Positions 50,189 to 60,870 are shown, counted from the stretch's first letter. The stretch: 64,000 bases of DNA from a bacterium (GCA_013360215.1 JABWCP010000015.1:1-64000); one strand, 5' to 3'. Numbers and translations are program-made. Notes: a model not told the origin generated them from the sequence alone.

Positions 50189-51099
50189 GTCTTGATTTTA
50201 TTGGCGTGCCGTTCACGATGCAGAAAAATAAAATTGGTTTCAACGGTCGTTTCGTCTACGACGGTTACCGGTGCGAGATAATCATTTTGAATTAAAAAAC
50301 AATAGTATCCCATTTCCTTAAAAAAAGTAATGATGTCATTAGGATGATAATTGTACTTAGCCGCCCACTTACGCAACATTTCCGTACATACGATCGGCTT
50401 ATGGGTTTGCAGCGTGTTTTTCCCTCCGCGATAGACCATCAATTCCGCGCCTTCCACATCGCATTTGATAAAGTCCGGCTTCGCACCATACTGTTCACAA
50501 AAATTATCCATCGTTTCCAGCGCGCATTCCGTTTCGTGCGCATTAGCGGCTTCGGTTATATTAACCGCCGATGCACTAGTCGAAAGTTCCGGGTCGACAA
50601 AAAACGTAAGTTTTCCTGTGCGATCGGATAAGCCGAGATTATGCGGCTTAATACGCATGGCTGCATTTAACTGAATATTATTTTCCAGCTCCCGATACGT
50701 TCCGGGTACCGGCTCAAACGCCCAAACATGTAAATCGGAAACGACCTTAGAAAAATTTAGTGAATACCAGCCAATATTAGCGCCAATGTCAAAAACCGAC
50801 ATACCCGGTTCCAACAAACGACACATCATTGAAAAATACTCTGGTTCATACTGCGCAAAATTAAGAATTTCAAACGGCGCACTGCGTTTGTCGGCTTTTG
50901 GGGTTAACCAACGAAGTCCGTGCGGACGCGTAGTCCATACTATACCATGCGACGTGATCGTGATATTTTCGATATCCGTGTGCCGGAGTAAATCCGTGTA
51001 TTCGAAAAGCTGATTATGTTTCTCATACATTGCTTGTATGTATTCCGATTTTTTAATCGCACCGGAACGGTATTGATTTTGAATGTCTGTAATTTTCAT
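50173..51099 (-). CDS. FkbM-family methyltransferase
   Basis: FDIGANIGWYS, AFEP, IKCDVEGAE. Confidence 0.9.
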   Translation of the reverse strand: MKITDIQNQYRSGAIKKSEYIQAMYEKHNQLFEYTDLLRHTDIENITITSHGIVWTTRPHGLRWLTPKADKRSAPFEILNFAQYEPEYFSMMCRLLEPGMSVFDIGANIGWYSLNFSKVVSDLHVWAFEPVPGTYRELENNIQLNAAMRIKPHNLGLSDRTGKLTFFVDPELSTSASAVNITEAANAHETECALETMDNFCEQYGAKPDFIKCDVEGAELMVYRGGKNTLQTHKPIVCTEMLRKWAAKYNYHPNDIITFFKEMGYYCFLIQNDYLAPVTVVDETTVETNFIFLHRERHANKIKTWVKS

Positions 51100-52139
51100 G
51101 TATAGGACTTAATCGTTCGTGTAAAACCCTCTTCGACAGTTGTCGTCGGTTGCCAACCTAAGCTCTTTATTTTGGTAATATCCGGAACACTGCGTTGTAC
51201 GGCGCTGGGAATATAGCCATTTTGCGGCGGGATATCCAAAATCACTGATAATTTTTTTTCCGGAAACAGTGTTACTAATTTTTCCGCCAATCCTCGAATA
51301 CTGATTTCACATTCAGGGTTACCTACATTATAAGCTTCGGTCGTTTTTCCGTGGAGCATCACCGTAAAAAAACCGATAACCGCATCGCGAAGATAACAAA
51401 AGGAGCGCGTTGCAGCACCGCTACTGCGAAGTACAATATTATTTCCATTAACAATATCTGCAACCAAATCCGCAAAAATACGCCCGTCATCCAGCGCCAT
51501 GCCGGGCCCATAGGTGTGAAACGGTCGAACGATCACCGTGGGAAGACCATACTGGTGAGACCATGCAACGCACATTGTTTCGCCAAGCCTTTTGCTTTCC
51601 GCATAACATGAACGCAGGGCCATGCTATCCAAACAACCAAGCTGCATCTCATTGGTCGGTATTTGGCGCGCTTCCAGTTGACCATATACTTCGCTGCTGC
51701 TAAAGTACAAAAATCGTTCGCTTTGGGATTGACGCGCTACCTCAAGCATGTTTTGCGTGCCGGTCGTATTGGCCGTCAAAGTACCCACCGGATCTATACC
51801 ATAATATTTTGGCGAGGCTTGGCTTGCGGCATGTACTACAAAATGAACCGGCGTATCAGAGCGAAATACCAACCGTGTTACATCGGCTACGTGTAACTTA
51901 AAATCGTTACGTCCGGCATGATGTGCAAACCTCTGACGTGCACGTTCTTCAGACCGTACAATCCCGATCACATGAATGTTCATACCCAAATGATCATTGA
52001 GCCCTAATAACGTTTCTACCATGTACGCCGGTAGAAAACCATTGGCCCCACTGATAAGAACCGTTTTTCCACGGAGTACATCCCAAGGCAGCGGCGCAGA
52101 AATAATATGCGCGATGTCTTCGCGTATTATTGAATGCAT
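51096..52139 (-). CDS. NAD-dependent epimerase/dehydratase (UDP-glucuronate decarboxylase-like SDR)
   Basis: SGANGFLP, HAASQASP, SSSEVYG, RSCYAESKR, DDGR; likely start ATG 52139 overlapping the rfbH stop. Confidence 0.85.
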   Translation of the reverse strand: MHSIIREDIAHIISAPLPWDVLRGKTVLISGANGFLPAYMVETLLGLNDHLGMNIHVIGIVRSEERARQRFAHHAGRNDFKLHVADVTRLVFRSDTPVHFVVHAASQASPKYYGIDPVGTLTANTTGTQNMLEVARQSQSERFLYFSSSEVYGQLEARQIPTNEMQLGCLDSMALRSCYAESKRLGETMCVAWSHQYGLPTVIVRPFHTYGPGMALDDGRIFADLVADIVNGNNIVLRSSGAATRSFCYLRDAVIGFFTVMLHGKTTEAYNVGNPECEISIRGLAEKLVTLFPEKKLSVILDIPPQNGYIPSAVQRSVPDITKIKSLGWQPTTTVEEGFTRTIKSYT

Positions 52140-53494
52140 CACGAAGCCGTATCTTGTCGGAGAAATGAACGGATAGCGTCGATCATATAATCTAACATCG
52201 GCGTCGTTAAACCAGGATACACCCCCAACCAAAACCCGTTATTCATGATATGATCCGTATTGGTCAATTCACCTACAACGCGGTAAGAACCCGGCTGTTC
52301 TCGGAAAGCATCAAAAAAAGGTTGGCGTATAAGATTGCCGCCAAACAACATGCGTGTTTGAATTTTTTTGTTTTCAAGATAGCGGATCAACTCGGGACGA
52401 GAAATACCGCTTTCGCTGCGAAGACTGATGAGAAAACCAAACCAACTCGGATTGGCATTGGGTGTGGCTTCAGGTAAAATAAAAATATCCGAGAACTCCG
52501 CTAAACCGTTTTTCAGATAATTCCAATTTGCACGTCGTCTAGCGGCAAAATCCTCAAGTCTGTCTAATTGCACGCAACCTATTGCGGCTTGAATATCCGT
52601 AGCTTTAAGATTGTAACCTAGATGACGGTACGTGTATTTATGATCATAACCACACGGCAACGTTCCGAGTTCCCAATCAAACCGTTTACCACACGTATTA
52701 TCTTTTCCGGAATCGCACCAGCAGTCACGACCCCAATCACGAAACGATTCAATACTGCGCTTGAGAATACTTTTATGGGTGTACACGGCACCGCCTTCGC
52801 CCATCGTAATATGGTGCGGCGGATAAAAGCTACTTGTCGCGACATCACCGAATGTTCCTGTCCACCGGCCCCGATATTCCGAACCCAGCGCATCGCAATT
52901 ATCTTCTACGAGCCAGAGATTATATTTTTTACAAAACGTCGTCACGGCATCCAGATCAAAAGGATTGCCGAGCGTATGAGCGATCATGACTGCTTTCGTT
53001 TTTGGGCTGTACGCCGCTTCCAATGCCCGCGTATCGATATTCGCTGTTTCGGTATGCACATCCAGAAAAACAGGTACGGCGCCAAACTGCAACATCGGAG
53101 CAACCGTCGTCGGAAAACCGGCCGCTACGGTTATAACTTCGTCGCCTTTACGAATCCGACGATCTTCCAGTAACGGAGAAGTCAGACTCATAAACGCCAA
53201 AAGGTTGGCCGACGAACCGGAGTTACACAACATGGCGTGCTTCACGCCGAGTTTTTTGGCAAGCTTGCTTTCAAACTCCTTTGAAAAATGTCCGGATGTA
53301 AGCCAAAACTCAAGACTTGCATCTACGGCATGTTGCATTTCTTTTTCATCAAACACACGTCCCGCGTACGATATAGCGGATTGACCGGGCACAAATTCCT
53401 TTTTTTGACCGTGCGTCAAACGGTAATACTCGGCCGTCTTTTCTAAAATTTCGAGCCGAAGCTTTTCCGCCGCGGCTTTTACGTTTTGATCCAT
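52139..53494 (-). CDS. rfbH: CDP-4-keto-6-deoxy-D-glucose 3-dehydrase (E1)
   Basis: [30 protein letters not shown] (His in place of Lys), Fe-S motif DCWC-x7-C, YDHKY. Confidence 0.94.
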   Translation of the reverse strand: MDQNVKAAAEKLRLEILEKTAEYYRLTHGQKKEFVPGQSAISYAGRVFDEKEMQHAVDASLEFWLTSGHFSKEFESKLAKKLGVKHAMLCNSGSSANLLAFMSLTSPLLEDRRIRKGDEVITVAAGFPTTVAPMLQFGAVPVFLDVHTETANIDTRALEAAYSPKTKAVMIAHTLGNPFDLDAVTTFCKKYNLWLVEDNCDALGSEYRGRWTGTFGDVATSSFYPPHHITMGEGGAVYTHKSILKRSIESFRDWGRDCWCDSGKDNTCGKRFDWELGTLPCGYDHKYTYRHLGYNLKATDIQAAIGCVQLDRLEDFAARRRANWNYLKNGLAEFSDIFILPEATPNANPSWFGFLISLRSESGISRPELIRYLENKKIQTRMLFGGNLIRQPFFDAFREQPGSYRVVGELTNTDHIMNNGFWLGVYPGLTTPMLDYMIDAIRSFLRQDTAS

Positions 53495-53550
53495 GTCGTT
53501 TATTTTATTCTCGTTTTCGGAGTCGCGCTCAAAGTTAAAAAATCAAATCT

Positions 53551-54642
53551 TCAGATCGCGTGGAATGACAAGCTTAGATATTCATCAAGTTGTTTTTTAC
53601 GTGCATCCCAAAGCGAACCAGTGGATGCATCGTCGTGATAGCCTTGGGCTGTCAATGCGATAGTTTGTTCCAGTGATAAAGCCGGTTTCCACGACAATTG
53701 TGAAACCGCCTTGGAAATATCTAAACGCAACATGTAGGCTTCGTGTTCATTTTGTTTTACCGCAGCGGTTTCAAATCGTCCGAAACCCGTTTTGGAAATC
53801 AGCGCGAGGATAAGTTCCTGTACCGAGCACGCATGATGCATTGCCGGTCCAAAATTCCATCCGCCGGAGTATGTTTTACCGTGGAGCAATAATTTCTCCC
53901 CCAACGTAAGATAGCCGCGCAACGGCTCAAGAACGAATTGCCACGGACGAACTGCGTTGGGGTTTCGCAGTATCAGTGTTTGATTTTTTTGCGCCGCCCT
54001 GAAAAAATCAGGAACGATGCGATTCTCGGCCCAATCCCCTCCGCCGATTACGTTGCCGGCACGCGCACTAGCGACGGTGCACGTTCCTTCGTTCGAAAAA
54101 AAAGATCGCGTATATGAAGCCGTGATCAGTTCCGATGCACCTTTGGAAGCGCTATAAGGGTCGACACCTCCCATGGGGTCGTTTTCACGATAACCCCACA
54201 CCCACTCGTTGTTTTGATAACACTTATCGCTGGTTACATTGATTGCTGCACGAACGGATGGTGTTGCGCGCACCGCTTCAAAAAAACGAACCGTGCCCAC
54301 CACGTTGGTTTCAAATGTCTCTGCAGGATCGCGATAACTGTCCAGTACCAACGCTTGGGCGGCAAGATGAAATGCGATATCGGGTCGAACTTCTTTAACA
54401 TAATCCACCAATGCGTGCGGATCGCGAATATCACCATCGCGGTGATGTATTTTATTTTGTAAATCACATCGTACGAAATTATCGTTATTGGTTTTCGGAG
54501 CGAGAGCAAACCCGTAAACCTCGGCGCCAAGGGTATGCAACCAAATACTGAGCCAAGATCCTTTGAAACCGGTATCGCCTGTAACCAAAACGCGTTTACC
54601 GCGATAGATGTCGGAAAAATTGTTTTTCACCAGGTCACCCAT
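53551..54642 (-). CDS. rfbG: CDP-glucose 4,6-dehydratase
   Basis: TGDTGFKGSWL, HLAAQALV, TSDKCY, DPYSASK, RAGNVIGGGDW, RPWQ. Confidence 0.95.
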   Translation of the reverse strand: MGDLVKNNFSDIYRGKRVLVTGDTGFKGSWLSIWLHTLGAEVYGFALAPKTNNDNFVRCDLQNKIHHRDGDIRDPHALVDYVKEVRPDIAFHLAAQALVLDSYRDPAETFETNVVGTVRFFEAVRATPSVRAAINVTSDKCYQNNEWVWGYRENDPMGGVDPYSASKGASELITASYTRSFFSNEGTCTVASARAGNVIGGGDWAENRIVPDFFRAAQKNQTLILRNPNAVRPWQFVLEPLRGYLTLGEKLLLHGKTYSGGWNFGPAMHHACSVQELILALISKTGFGRFETAAVKQNEHEAYMLRLDISKAVSQLSWKPALSLEQTIALTAQGYHDDASTGSLWDARKKQLDEYLSLSFHAI

Positions 54643-55400
54643 GGTGCGCGTTTTTCACGTAAAAGTTCGTCGAGCATATTCTTATCACGCAATGTATCCA
54701 TCGGCTGCCAAAACCTGTCATGTTTGAATGCAACAAGCGATTGGGAGCGGGCTAAGGTTTCTAACGGTTCACGTTCCAATACTGTTTGATCGTCTTTGAG
54801 TAATTGCAAAACACTGTTTTCAAAAATAAAAAAACCGGCATTCACCCAAGCTCCGTCGCCTTTGGGTTTTTCCTGAAAACTCTGCACCATTCCGGATGCA
54901 TCCATAGCCATGGCGCCAAATCTCCCGCTCGGCTGTATCGCCGTCACTGTCGCCGGTTTGCCATGCGCCATATGGAATGACAGAAGTTTACGGATATCCA
55001 CATCGGCCACTCCGTCGCCGTAAGTCAGAAAAAAACGCTCGCCATCAAGATAGGAAGCAACGCGTCGGATGCGTCCGCCGGTCATGGTATCCAGCCCGGT
55101 ATCCACCAACGTCACACGCCACGGTTCTGCCGTATGTGTGTGAATGACAGGCGCATTGTGCGCACGAAAATCAAACGTGACATCCGATTCGTGTAAAAAA
55201 TAATTGGCAAAATATTCTTTGATCACATAGCCCTTATAGCCAAGACATATCACAAAATCATTGTACCCGTAACTGGAGTAGATTTTCATGATGTGCCATA
55301 AAATCGGTTTACCTCCGATTTCAATCATCGGTTTCGGTTTTAAGTGCGACTCTTCACTGATGCGCGTACCGTAACCGCCGGCTAAAATGACAACTTTCAT
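54627..55400 (-). CDS. rfbF: Glucose-1-phosphate cytidylyltransferase
   Basis: LAGGYGTRISEE, KPMIEIGGKPILWHIMK, TMTGGR, TYGDG, FWQPMDTLRDK. Confidence 0.96.
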   Translation of the reverse strand: MKVVILAGGYGTRISEESHLKPKPMIEIGGKPILWHIMKIYSSYGYNDFVICLGYKGYVIKEYFANYFLHESDVTFDFRAHNAPVIHTHTAEPWRVTLVDTGLDTMTGGRIRRVASYLDGERFFLTYGDGVADVDIRKLLSFHMAHGKPATVTAIQPSGRFGAMAMDASGMVQSFQEKPKGDGAWVNAGFFIFENSVLQLLKDDQTVLEREPLETLARSQSLVAFKHDRFWQPMDTLRDKNMLDELLREKRAPWVTW

Positions 55401-55401
55401 A

Positions 55402-56568
55402 TCAAGCTTTCACGAATTCAGTTATGGCGTTGACTACTTCCGAAATCTGGTCTTTCGTAAGCTCAGGATAAATCGGCACGGCAAGCGATTGTTCCGCTTG
55501 GGCATTGGCATTGGGAAAATCGGTATCTTTTTCACCGAGATAACCAAAACATTCCTGACGATGAAACGGCACCGGGTAATACACTTCGTTGCCGATTTGT
55601 TTATCGGTTAGATATTTGCGCAATGCATCACGTTTTTCTACTCGTATTACATATTGATTATAGATATGGTGGTTTTTCGCTCCGGACGTGCGGTATACGG
55701 CTTTGGGAAGCAGTACTTTATTTTTGCTGTCGTAAGTTATCTTACCTTCTGCTTCAGCCACTCCGGCTGCAATAAAAAGTTGGGTATACAGATCGGCATT
55801 TTCACGACGCCGTTGGCTCCAGTTGTCTAGATGCGGAAGTTTTACGTTAAGCACAGCGGCCTGAATCGCATCAAGGCGAAAATTACCGCCGATCATCTTG
55901 TGATAATATTTTGGTTTACCGCCATGCACACGCAGGACGCGCAGCTTTTCACCGAGGGCATCATCATTGGTCGTCACAAGGCCTCCGTCTCCAAAGCATC
56001 CGAGGTTCTTACTAGGGAAAAAAGAAAAGCAACCAATGTCGCCAAAATTTCCGACTTTTTTTCCATCGCTGTATTGTACGCCGATCGCCTGCGCACCGTC
56101 TTCGATGACTTTGAGATTATGTTTTTTTGCAACCGCCATGATCGCTCCCATGTCGGAGCTTTGTCCGAAAAGGTGCACCGGCATGATAACGCGTGTTTTG
56201 GCAGTGATCTTTTTTTCAATGTCAGATGCACGGATATTAAAAGTCAGCGGATCCGAATCAACAAAAACCGGTTTTGCATGCAGTCGGGCAACCACGCCGG
56301 CAGTGGCAAAAAAAGAATACGTCGGCACGATTACTTCATCGCCGGGCTGAATATCGAGCGCCATCAGCGCTACCAATAACGCATCCGTCCCGGAAGAAAC
56401 TGCAATCGCATGTTTGCATTCCAGATAAGTACACAAAGATTTCTCTAATTTTTCAACTTCCGGGCCCATAATAAAATGCTGCGATTCGGCAACGCGCAAC
56501 ATGGCTTCATCAATCTCCGATTTATGAGCACGATATTGTGCTTTGAGGTCTAAAAGAGGTACAGCCAT
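55402..56568 (-). CDS. DegT-family aminotransferase, WbpE-like (UDP-3-oxo-GlcNAcA aminotransferase)
   Basis: DLKAQY, SSGTDAL, EDGAQA, SFFPSKNLG, RLDAIQAA; adjacent to WbpB- and WbpD-like genes. Confidence 0.88.
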   Translation of the reverse strand: MAVPLLDLKAQYRAHKSEIDEAMLRVAESQHFIMGPEVEKLEKSLCTYLECKHAIAVSSGTDALLVALMALDIQPGDEVIVPTYSFFATAGVVARLHAKPVFVDSDPLTFNIRASDIEKKITAKTRVIMPVHLFGQSSDMGAIMAVAKKHNLKVIEDGAQAIGVQYSDGKKVGNFGDIGCFSFFPSKNLGCFGDGGLVTTNDDALGEKLRVLRVHGGKPKYYHKMIGGNFRLDAIQAAVLNVKLPHLDNWSQRRRENADLYTQLFIAAGVAEAEGKITYDSKNKVLLPKAVYRTSGAKNHHIYNQYVIRVEKRDALRKYLTDKQIGNEVYYPVPFHRQECFGYLGEKDTDFPNANAQAEQSLAVPIYPELTKDQISEVVNAITEFVKA

Positions 56569-57155
56569 TATTCTAATTCCTTTACCAAACCGTTTTCAAA
56601 TTTATATTTTTTCTTGGATTTTTCGCAATACGCGAAACTCTGCGCATCAAAATTTAACTTCTTACCGGCCTCGCTGACCCAACCGACGATACGCGCCGGA
56701 TTACCGACGACCAGCGCAAAATCGGGAACGTCTTTGGTAACCACCGCACCGGCACCGACAAGGGCACTACGTCCGACGGTATGACCGCATACGATGGTTG
56801 AGTTTGCGCCTAACGAAGCACCTTCTTTTACTAAGGTTTTGATGTAAAACTCTGCACCGACTTGCGGATACTTGCAGCGCGGATCAAGAATATTCGTAAA
56901 AACCATCGAAGGTCCGCAGAACACATAATCTTCAAGCTCCACCCCTTCGTAGATGGACACATTATTTTGTACTTTGCAAAAATTACCTACTTTTACATGA
57001 TTGGCTACATTTACGTTTTGACCAAAAACACATTTTTTTCCGATACGAGCGCCGGTTTGGATATGCGAAAAATGCCAAACTTTAGTACCTTCGCCGATTT
57101 CGACGTTGTCATCCACGACGGCCAAGGGATGAACAAAATAATTTTTTTCAGACAT
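56568..57155 (-). CDS. WbpD-like N-acetyltransferase (LbH)
   Basis: IGEGTKVWHFSH, GQNV, KVQNNVSIYEGV, GPSMVFTN, GNPAR; likely start ATG 57155. Confidence 0.9.
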   Translation of the reverse strand: MSEKNYFVHPLAVVDDNVEIGEGTKVWHFSHIQTGARIGKKCVFGQNVNVANHVKVGNFCKVQNNVSIYEGVELEDYVFCGPSMVFTNILDPRCKYPQVGAEFYIKTLVKEGASLGANSTIVCGHTVGRSALVGAGAVVTKDVPDFALVVGNPARIVGWVSEAGKKLNFDAQSFAYCEKSKKKYKFENGLVKELE

Positions 57156-58131
57156 GTTGCGTGATCCTTTCTTGTGCTTTTTCCAATATCCGAAGCACTT
57201 CCAGCGCATGTTCGCCGTCCGTACGCGGTGTTTTGCCGTGCAGGAGGCAATCATAAAAATGACGATGTTCTTCACTTAATGGTTGTGCGGCATCAAACGG
57301 AATCACCTCAAAGTCTACCTCAAATTTCTCGATTTTTCCGTTACTTTGCTGAAAGCCTTTTTTATAAAATTTTAACTTATCTGTTTTGAGCGAATCTTCA
57401 AACACGATCATTCCCTTATCACCGATGACAACCAGTCTTTGTTCTTTAAAAGGGTGAAGCCAACTCACAAAAACATGCACATGAATGTTACCGGGATAGG
57501 TGAGGTACGTGATGGTCGAATCTTCGACGTTTTTTTGTACGAACGCCGCGCCTTTGGCCTCAATCGTTTCCGGATTTTTTCCTATCAAATATTGAACTAT
57601 CGAAATATCATGCGGTGCAAAACTCCAAAGACTATTTTCTTCGCTGCGAATAGCGCCGAGATTGAGCCGATTACTGTAAATATACTGAAGTTTGCCGATA
57701 TACCCTTCATCCATCATCTGTTTCAACTTCAAAACCGCCGGATGATACAAAAGCACATGCCCTACCATGATTTTTACATCATATTTTTGAGCTAAACTCA
57801 AAAGTTCAACAGTATGTTCAGAAATTAGCGTGATTGGTTTTTCGATCAGTACATGTTTGCCGTTTTCGATACATCGTTTAGCAAGATCAAAATGGGTTTC
57901 GGCCGGCGTTGCAATCACTACGGCATTGATATTCGAATGCGCGATGAGCGAATGAATATCTGATGTAAATGGAATTTTCGGTGAAACTGTATGTACTCTT
58001 TGGATGGCGTCGGGTTTGGCATCCGCCGTTAATAAAAGATTACTTCCTAATAACCCATGGGCGGTACGCACATGATTGAGTCCCCAATTTCCACAACCGA
58101 TAATACCTAATTTTACTTTTGAATAATCCAT
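57148..58131 (-). CDS. Gfo/Idh/MocA oxidoreductase, WbpB-like
   Basis: IGCGNWG, ATPAETH, EKP, VGH, APHDIS, VSWLHP. Confidence 0.88.
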   Translation of the reverse strand: MDYSKVKLGIIGCGNWGLNHVRTAHGLLGSNLLLTADAKPDAIQRVHTVSPKIPFTSDIHSLIAHSNINAVVIATPAETHFDLAKRCIENGKHVLIEKPITLISEHTVELLSLAQKYDVKIMVGHVLLYHPAVLKLKQMMDEGYIGKLQYIYSNRLNLGAIRSEENSLWSFAPHDISIVQYLIGKNPETIEAKGAAFVQKNVEDSTITYLTYPGNIHVHVFVSWLHPFKEQRLVVIGDKGMIVFEDSLKTDKLKFYKKGFQQSNGKIEKFEVDFEVIPFDAAQPLSEEHRHFYDCLLHGKTPRTDGEHALEVLRILEKAQERITQHV

Positions 58132-58134
58132 AAT

Positions 58135-59775
58135 TTATTTTACAGTAAAATATATAAGTATAATGGTTGATGTGATGGCCGCCAGTTGACCCGTTATAGT
58201 CAGCGCATCTTTAAATATCTGCCAACCATCTACCGGTTCTTTTTCCGGAACAAAAATCACATCGCCGTCTTCGATCAGTACATCATCATCGGCATCCAGC
58301 CATTTCTGTGACGCTGTTTTGATGATTTTAATATCACCTTTTTTTGCTCTATCCGTAAATCCGCCGCACTTGTCAATATAATATCGGTAATCTTTGCCGT
58401 GATCAAAATCTACAATACCTGATAACAACGCACCACCAACAACGGTCACGGTTCGCCGGATAGATGATACATCAATATAATCACCGCGCTTTAAAATAAC
58501 ATCATACTCCGGATTCACTTTTTCGTCGGCAAATAGTTTTTTAAAATCTGTTTGTACGACGGGTTTTTGTTGACGTGTTTTGGCTTTGAAGTAAGACTTT
58601 TCAATGTCGTTCATCTCGGACACCGGTGTCAATTTCAGACGTTCATATTCTTGATCGATATCCTCTTTTGCGGGACTGCGATAAATGGAAATGCGATCCA
58701 ATGATACATACGGCGTAAAACCACCAGCCCTTTTAATCACATCCGAAACGGTCGTTTTATCTTCGATAATGGCATAGGATCCAGGATACATCACTTCACC
58801 TTGGATAGCTACATCAGCCCGATCATGATACTGCGCGTGTTTTCGGAAATAAATACGATCATCCGGTTTGAGACGCAGATTGATCGTGGTATCCTCTGGA
58901 TTTTGATACACTTCACGCAAATCGCGCGTAATGCGTATTACCTCTCGGCCTGTATCCTTGGCCATACGGTACATGATGAAAATGGATGAGTCAATCCCCT
59001 GCACTAAACCACCGGCCAATCGAATAGCATCGATGATATTCTCATTCGCCACGTATTCCATCGTACCATGACTTGCTACAGCACCCAAAATCTGATAACT
59101 TGCATATTGAGCAGGTACAAATATACGGTCACCGTCGTTAAGTAATGGATCCGAATCCAAATCTAAATTTCGGCCGCGTTTTATAAAATCAACACTCTGC
59201 GATGTACCGTCCTTACGATACAGAATAATATTTCTTTGCGATGCCTTTCCGTTTAAACCGCCCGCTTTCGCAATGGCTGTCGATACCCGTTCTGTTCCTG
59301 AGACCACTACCGAACTCGGATTATTACACATACCCCCTACGGGCACGCGAAAAGAGCGAAGTGAAACCAGGTTGATCGTCACCTCGGCATTGGTATACAC
59401 AGTTCTGATACTTTTTCCTACACGCTCTTGTACTTCGGCCAAATTGAGGTTTTTAACATCTATCGCTTTTACGGTAGGAACAATCAAAAAACCTTCGGGC
59501 GATACAACGGTTCTGAAGTTTTGATTGACCTGCCCCCAAATCGAAACTAAAAACTGATCCCCGGGACCAACATAGTATTGTTTTGGATCTACAACCGTCT
59601 CAAGAATATTATTGGATTTTTCAGGGAATAAAACATCGTCCGGGTCACCGGAAGAGTTATCCTTTTCTAATTCCTCTTTGATTTTAGATCGATCCTGTTG
59701 CGCCAATACTGTGGTATCCGTCATCGCCGAAAGAATCAGAGCTGAAATCATTGTTAAGAATAAATGCTTTTTCAT
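58135..59775 (-). CDS. Polysaccharide export protein with multiple SLBB domains (Wza/KpsD-like)
   Basis: Signal peptide, YYVGPGD, repeated G-x-V-x-x-(P/H)G...AGG SLBB motifs, GDVIFVPEK, C-terminal amphipathic helix; likely start ATG 59775. Confidence 0.88.
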   Translation of the reverse strand: MKKHLFLTMISALILSAMTDTTVLAQQDRSKIKEELEKDNSSGDPDDVLFPEKSNNILETVVDPKQYYVGPGDQFLVSIWGQVNQNFRTVVSPEGFLIVPTVKAIDVKNLNLAEVQERVGKSIRTVYTNAEVTINLVSLRSFRVPVGGMCNNPSSVVVSGTERVSTAIAKAGGLNGKASQRNIILYRKDGTSQSVDFIKRGRNLDLDSDPLLNDGDRIFVPAQYASYQILGAVASHGTMEYVANENIIDAIRLAGGLVQGIDSSIFIMYRMAKDTGREVIRITRDLREVYQNPEDTTINLRLKPDDRIYFRKHAQYHDRADVAIQGEVMYPGSYAIIEDKTTVSDVIKRAGGFTPYVSLDRISIYRSPAKEDIDQEYERLKLTPVSEMNDIEKSYFKAKTRQQKPVVQTDFKKLFADEKVNPEYDVILKRGDYIDVSSIRRTVTVVGGALLSGIVDFDHGKDYRYYIDKCGGFTDRAKKGDIKIIKTASQKWLDADDDVLIEDGDVIFVPEKEPVDGWQIFKDALTITGQLAAITSTIILIYFTVK

Positions 59776-60863
59776 ACAAGATCCTTCAGTTTTTCGGCAA
59801 TACGCTCCGCCGCCATACCATCCCATAGAGCCGGAATATTTCCTTTTTTGTAGCTACGGTTCAATACGGCTTCCATACACGATTTCAACGCATCCCGATC
59901 TTGTCCTACCAACGTATTAGTACCGACATCCAAAGTAACCGGCCTTTCGGTATTGGCGCGCATGGTAAGACATGGTACACCCAAAAACGTTGTTTCTTCT
60001 TGCACACCGCCGGAATCGGTAACGGCGGCAACAGAGGAACGCATCAATGCAATAAAATCAAAATACCCGAGCGGCTCAATCAATCGAATTCGTTCGTTCA
60101 ACTTGACTTTATGATCCATCCCATATTGCGTAAGTTTGGTTTTGGTCCTTGGATGAACGGGGAAAACAACCGGCATATAACCCGCTATAAACTCCAATAG
60201 ACCAAGCATAGACCGTAAATTTTCCTCGGAATCCACGTTCGCCGGACGATGCAGTGTGACAAGGACAAATTCTTTTTCCTTTAGATTCATGCGCTGGAGA
60301 ATATCCGACGCCTCAATCTTGGGTAATGCAAATGTAAGCGAATCAATCATCACATTGCCGGCGAAGAAAATCTGATTTTCTTGTTTACCCTCATTCTTGA
60401 GATTTTGATTAGCCGATGACTCGGTAGTGAACAGATAATCCGAAATGGCATCGGTTACCAAACGATTGATTTCCTCCGGCATCGTACGATCAAAACTTCG
60501 TAATCCGGCTTCAACATGAATAACAGGCACATGAAGTTTGGAAGCTGTTACAGCACACGCCATCGTCGAATTCACATCTCCCACCACCAACACATAATCG
60601 GGTTTTTCGTTTACCAAAATGGAATCAAACTTCAGCATCAGATCCGCAGTCTGTTGCGCATGCGATCCACCACCAACTCCCATATGAATATCCGGATCGG
60701 GCATTTGCAATTCTTTAAAAAAAATATCCGACATGATCGCATCATAATGCTGACCCGTATGAATAAGCTTTGATGTGATCTGCGGATAATTCTTAATCGC
60801 TCTTAAAATGGGAGCAATTTTCATAAAATTAGGACGCGCACCGGCGATACAGAGCAGTTTCAT
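59772..60863 (-). CDS. wecB: UDP-N-acetylglucosamine 2-epimerase (non-hydrolysing; WbpI-like)
   Basis: GARPNFMK, HTGQHYD, GDVNST, HVEAGLRS, PEEINR, TLHRP, TDSGGVQEE, TERP. Confidence 0.95.
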   Translation of the reverse strand: MKLLCIAGARPNFMKIAPILRAIKNYPQITSKLIHTGQHYDAIMSDIFFKELQMPDPDIHMGVGGGSHAQQTADLMLKFDSILVNEKPDYVLVVGDVNSTMACAVTASKLHVPVIHVEAGLRSFDRTMPEEINRLVTDAISDYLFTTESSANQNLKNEGKQENQIFFAGNVMIDSLTFALPKIEASDILQRMNLKEKEFVLVTLHRPANVDSEENLRSMLGLLEFIAGYMPVVFPVHPRTKTKLTQYGMDHKVKLNERIRLIEPLGYFDFIALMRSSVAAVTDSGGVQEETTFLGVPCLTMRANTERPVTLDVGTNTLVGQDRDALKSCMEAVLNRSYKKGNIPALWDGMAAERIAEKLKDLV

Positions 60864-60870
60864 CGTTGAT

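Noticed and set aside
47147-59826. Long gene overlaps implied by ORF-track starts (48607, 52232, 57275, 59826; also 15710, 24158)
   Set aside because: Downstream start codons give normal short overlaps or gaps and family-typical N-termini.
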